From NCBI GenBank assembly GCA_963976765.1, contig CAXBME010000003.1, forward strand, positions 186,001-250,000: a DNA stretch of 64,000 bases. Reading direction: 5' to 3'. Under the pieces are notes generated by a model. It searched no databases and was not told the origin of the DNA. It was given only the letters and a program-made list of their open reading frames with translations. Of this stretch, positions 60,741 to 64,000 are shown one piece after another; the stretch's first letter is position 1, and the number at the start of each line of letters is the position of its first letter. The stretch comes from an uncultured Planctomycetaceae bacterium (GTDB lineage Bacteria > Planctomycetota > Planctomycetia > Planctomycetales > Planctomycetaceae). The translations under genes and the position numbers were made by a program.

Positions 60741-62213
60741 TTAGTTTCTTCCAAGATCGTTGTTGCGGACTTCGGCCAGCTTTGCGGAGAGCTTCACTTT
60801 GAAGCGGTCGACGAGTTGTTGGTGCTCGGGTTCCTCGGCGAGGTTGGTGTATTGGAGCGGGTCATTCACGGTGTCAAAAAGCTCGATGCCAGCGGAAGCG
60901 TCTTCTTTGTACTGGATGCAGGCGTAGCGGTTTTCTCGAAGCAGGAAGCCTTTTCGCATCGGAGCCACACTGAAGGCGGCGTCGCGGACGGTGACGGCTG
61001 GGTCGTCCAGCATCGCCGAAATGTCTTTCCCCTGGAGCCGCTTGGGGACGTCCAGGCCGCAGAGTTTTGAGATCGTCGGGTACAGGTCAAGCAGTTCGGT
61101 CAGAGAGTGACAGACGGCGGGCTTTTTACCAGGCACGCTGATGATCAGCGGGACGCCGGCTGACTCGTCGCGAAGGCTGACCTTGGCCCAGAAATCGTGC
61201 TCGCCCAGGTGATATCCGTGGTCGCTGGTGAAGATCACGATGGTTCTGTCGTCGAGACCAGCCTTGTTCAATGCGTCCAGCACCTTGCCGACCTGAGCGT
61301 CCATGAAAGCCACCGAGGCGTAGTAGCCTCCAACGGCTTTCTTCTGACGGCGGATGTCCATCTTCATGTTCACGCTGGTCTTGTAATTGATGCCGGCTTT
61401 GGGAATGTCGTCCCAGTCGCCGTCGACCTTTTCGGGCAGCAGCATTTTGTCGTACGGCTTGAATGGTGGGTAATAGCTGCGAGGAGCGACAAAAGGCACG
61501 TGCGGCCTCACGAATCCAACGCCCAGCCAGAAGGGTTCGTCCTTGTGTTTGTCGATCAGCTCGACAGCCTTCGCGGCAGTCTTACCATCCGAATGAACCA
61601 TGTCATCGCCGTCAGCCTCGACCACGACAAACGTGTTGCCGCCGACGGCTGGCTTCCTGCCGTCAGGGTTGTTTTCCAGAGTCTCGCCGTCTCCGGGAGC
61701 TTTCCATTCAGGACCGCCGCTGTTGAAGCGTTCCGTCCACGAGGCTTCGTCATCAGCGCCGTGGCCGCCGTCTTCGATGCCACCGGGGACTCCCATGTGA
61801 AAGATCTTGCTGACTCGAGCAGCGTAGTAGCCGTTGTTCTTGAAATGCTGCGACCAGGTCGCGCGCTCGCCGATCTGAGGACGCGGATTTGTATAGCCCA
61901 GCACGCCCGTCGCGTGCGGGTAGTAGCCGGACATGAACGAGGCTCGTGATGGTCCGCAGTAGGTGCCCTGGCAGTAGGCTCGCGTAAACCGAGTTCCACG
62001 CGCGGCGATGCGGTCGATGTTCGGTGTATTGCAGACCTGATTCCCGTAGCAGGATAACGCTGTCGCGGTCAGATCATCTGAGATGATGAACAGGACGTTG
62101 TATTTCTGGCTGGCTGCTGTCCGCTCGGCAGCGGTTGCCATCGAGATTGCTGCGAGATTCAGGAAGCCACCAGGCAGGAAAAGAGCAACGGCAAAACTGA
62201 GGACTGTCTTCAT
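60741..62213 (-). CDS. Sulfatase (Cys-type S1; iduronate-2-sulfatase-like)
   Basis: NVLFIISDD, TPNID, CGPSR formylglycine motif, GFVRPHVP, FTSDHGYHLGEH; signal peptide from ATG 62213. Confidence 0.95.
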   Translation of the reverse strand: MKTVLSFAVALFLPGGFLNLAAISMATAAERTAASQKYNVLFIISDDLTATALSCYGNQVCNTPNIDRIAARGTRFTRAYCQGTYCGPSRASFMSGYYPHATGVLGYTNPRPQIGERATWSQHFKNNGYYAARVSKIFHMGVPGGIEDGGHGADDEASWTERFNSGGPEWKAPGDGETLENNPDGRKPAVGGNTFVVVEADGDDMVHSDGKTAAKAVELIDKHKDEPFWLGVGFVRPHVPFVAPRSYYPPFKPYDKMLLPEKVDGDWDDIPKAGINYKTSVNMKMDIRRQKKAVGGYYASVAFMDAQVGKVLDALNKAGLDDRTIVIFTSDHGYHLGEHDFWAKVSLRDESAGVPLIISVPGKKPAVCHSLTELLDLYPTISKLCGLDVPKRLQGKDISAMLDDPAVTVRDAAFSVAPMRKGFLLRENRYACIQYKEDASAGIELFDTVNDPLQYTNLAEEPEHQQLVDRFKVKLSAKLAEVRNNDLGRN

Positions 62214-62316
62214 CGTGGAATCTCCGCAACGTCTGGAGCAATGTTCGAAAATCAGTGACGATGGTATGGTCTCACGAAAGACCTCGCGACAAACCTCAAA
62301 GATAAAGTGACACCCC

Positions 62317-63189
62317 ATGACGAATTCAGAATCTCGATCCAGTTGGCCTCGACGAATCGTCGCCTCGACCGCCAGTATCAATGTGGCGGCTGTCGTAACA
62401 ACTCTAGCCTTGTTGATAACAACTCACGCCGTGGGCGCCGAGCCGCCTCATCAACTGAGAGTCCTTTGCTACAACGTTCACTGGTGTCTGGGCATGGACG
62501 GTAAGTACGACGTTCCTCGACTGGCCGAAGTTATTAACAAAACAAAACCTGACCTGGTCGCGTTGCAGGAAGTCGACGTCGGAGTCAAGCGATCGGGGCG
62601 GGTTCACGAGATCCAGGAACTGGCGAAGCTGACGGGACTCGCAGCACGATTTGGACCAACTCAGCACTACGAAGGCGGGCTCTTCGGGAATGCCGTGCTG
62701 ACTCGGTTCCCGATTCTGGACGTCTCGATACACCCCCTGCCCTACACCGAAAGCACAACCGACCGGACGACGTACCCCCGCGGCGCCATCTCCGTGACCG
62801 TGACAGCGCCGGACGGCAAACCGCTTCGATTTGTCAGCACGCACTTCCAGCACAACGTTCCGGAAGACCGTCTCGCTGAGGCCAAAGCAATAAACCAACT
62901 GTTCGCAGCGGACGACGACGGCCTGCGAACGATTCTTGCCGGAGACATGAACGCTCAGCCGAACGCAGAGCCGGTCACTGAGCTTCTCGAAAAATGGAGC
63001 AACGCGATCGACAGCGACGCAACACCAACAGCCCCGGCCACGACACCGCGGTCGCGCATCGACTACGTGTTCTACCGCAACGCGTCACAGTTCCGTCTCG
63101 TCGAGTCAAAGGTGATTCCCGAGGCGATGGCGTCGGACCATCGCCCGGTGCTGGCAGTGCTTGAACTAAGTACAGACGCCACGAATTAA
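62317..63189 (+). CDS. Exported endonuclease/exonuclease/phosphatase family protein
   Basis: LCYNV, PDLVALQEVD, FGNAVL, STHF, AGDMN, RIDYV, ASDHRPV. Confidence 0.92.
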   Translation: MTNSESRSSWPRRIVASTASINVAAVVTTLALLITTHAVGAEPPHQLRVLCYNVHWCLGMDGKYDVPRLAEVINKTKPDLVALQEVDVGVKRSGRVHEIQELAKLTGLAARFGPTQHYEGGLFGNAVLTRFPILDVSIHPLPYTESTTDRTTYPRGAISVTVTAPDGKPLRFVSTHFQHNVPEDRLAEAKAINQLFAADDDGLRTILAGDMNAQPNAEPVTELLEKWSNAIDSDATPTAPATTPRSRIDYVFYRNASQFRLVESKVIPEAMASDHRPVLAVLELSTDATN

Positions 63190-63461
63190 GGTGTGCAATT
63201 CGAAACGCCGCGTGAAGGTACCCTTTCGCAAAGTAGCTCCCTGGTTTCTTTGCATTCTGGTGCCTTGCGTGAAAATCCAGACTGTTGGCACACCGCCTCT
63301 TTTTCGTGGGACACGTACAGAGCCGATCGTGATTGACCACGACGATGCAGGTAATGTCGCTATCACTGACCGCCGGAGTTCTGTCAGAATGCAGGCCAAT
63401 GCTGATGCGTCCTCGCAGCCAATAGCCCCTCCTGCTTCTCTCCACGTACGGCCCGCCTTTC

Positions 63462-64000
63462 ATGTTCTCACCCAGTCTATCTCCAGCGTCGTCTGCCATC
63501 TCCACCAATCCCTGTAACATTCGGAATGTGCGATCGTTGATTGCGTTGTTACTCACCTTGAGCGGTGTGGACGGCTCGGCGCGGGCTGCTGATTTGTACC
63601 AGGACATCGTGCAGCCATTCGCAGCGAAGTATTGCGTCGAATGTCACAATCAAGAAAAGACACGCGGCGAGCTGGATCTGACGAAGTACTCCACTGAAAA
63701 AACGGTGACGTCACACTTTCGTCGCTGGCAGAACATCGCCTCGTTCATCCGTGACGGAGAGATGCCACCGGAAGATTTCGAACTGCAACCGACCATTGAC
63801 GAACGGAACGTCGTAATCAACGCGGTTGAGACCATCCTTCTTGCCGAAGCTCGTCGCAACGCGGGCGATCCCGGCGTCGTTCTTCCTCGGCGGTTATCGA
63901 ATACTGAATACGATCTTTCCGTCAGCCATCTGACAGGCGTCGACATTCACGCAACGGTCGAGTTCCCTGTTGACCCAGCAGCTGGCGAAGGATTTGACAA
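63462..64000 (+). CDS. Planctomycete cytochrome-c/DUF1587-type protein (5' part; runs off the window end)
   Basis: Manual translation: ...IVQPFAAKYCVECHNQEKTRGELDL...GEMPP...GDPGVVLPRRLSNTEYD; CxxCH heme motif. Start is ATG 63462 or GTG 63528. Confidence 0.82.
   Translation, partial: MFSPSLSPASSAISTNPCNIRNVRSLIALLLTLSGVDGSARAADLYQDIVQPFAAKYCVECHNQEKTRGELDLTKYSTEKTVTSHFRRWQNIASFIRDGEMPPEDFELQPTIDERNVVINAVETILLAEARRNAGDPGVVLPRRLSNTEYDLSVSHLTGVDIHATVEFPVDPAAGEGFD

Overview
Gene-dense bacterial chromosome segment, most likely from a planctomycete. This is inferred from the DUF1549/DUF1553 and DUF1587-type proteins, a sulfatase, repeated ExbD/TPR modules and nusA-infB-rbfA without rimP. Housekeeping content includes gltD (partial), gltB, a LysR regulator, a sodium:solute symporter, a CYTH protein, flgM, a Fur-family regulator, nusA-infB-rbfA, ribD, a malQ-like GH77, eda, ettA, a PhoD-family phosphatase, oxidoreductases and a sulfatase. 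The standout feature is a co-oriented nine-gene cluster (6889-14981) encoding an apparently complete, eukaryote-like and membrane-tethered ubiquitination pathway. It has a ubiquitin-like protein with an internal Gly-Gly and a 21-aa pro-tail, an E1 with a predicted C-terminal ubiquitin-fold domain, a membrane-anchored JAB/JAMM peptidase and an E2 with an intact HPN...C site. It also has two membrane-anchored RING-like proteins (one fused to a trypsin-like protease), a multi-TM protein with a degenerate FHA domain, a double zinc-ribbon membrane protein lacking a canonical start codon, and a DUF2752 protein. Other observations: an EndoIII-fold protein with a histone-H1-like tail, two TonB-less ExbD/TPR modules, a 50-aa membrane protein missed by the ORF track, an attenuator-like hairpin upstream of nusA, and several classes of intergenic palindromic repeat. 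I found no rRNA, tRNA, CRISPR array, transposase or integrase. All family calls come from recognising motifs by eye; no searches were run.
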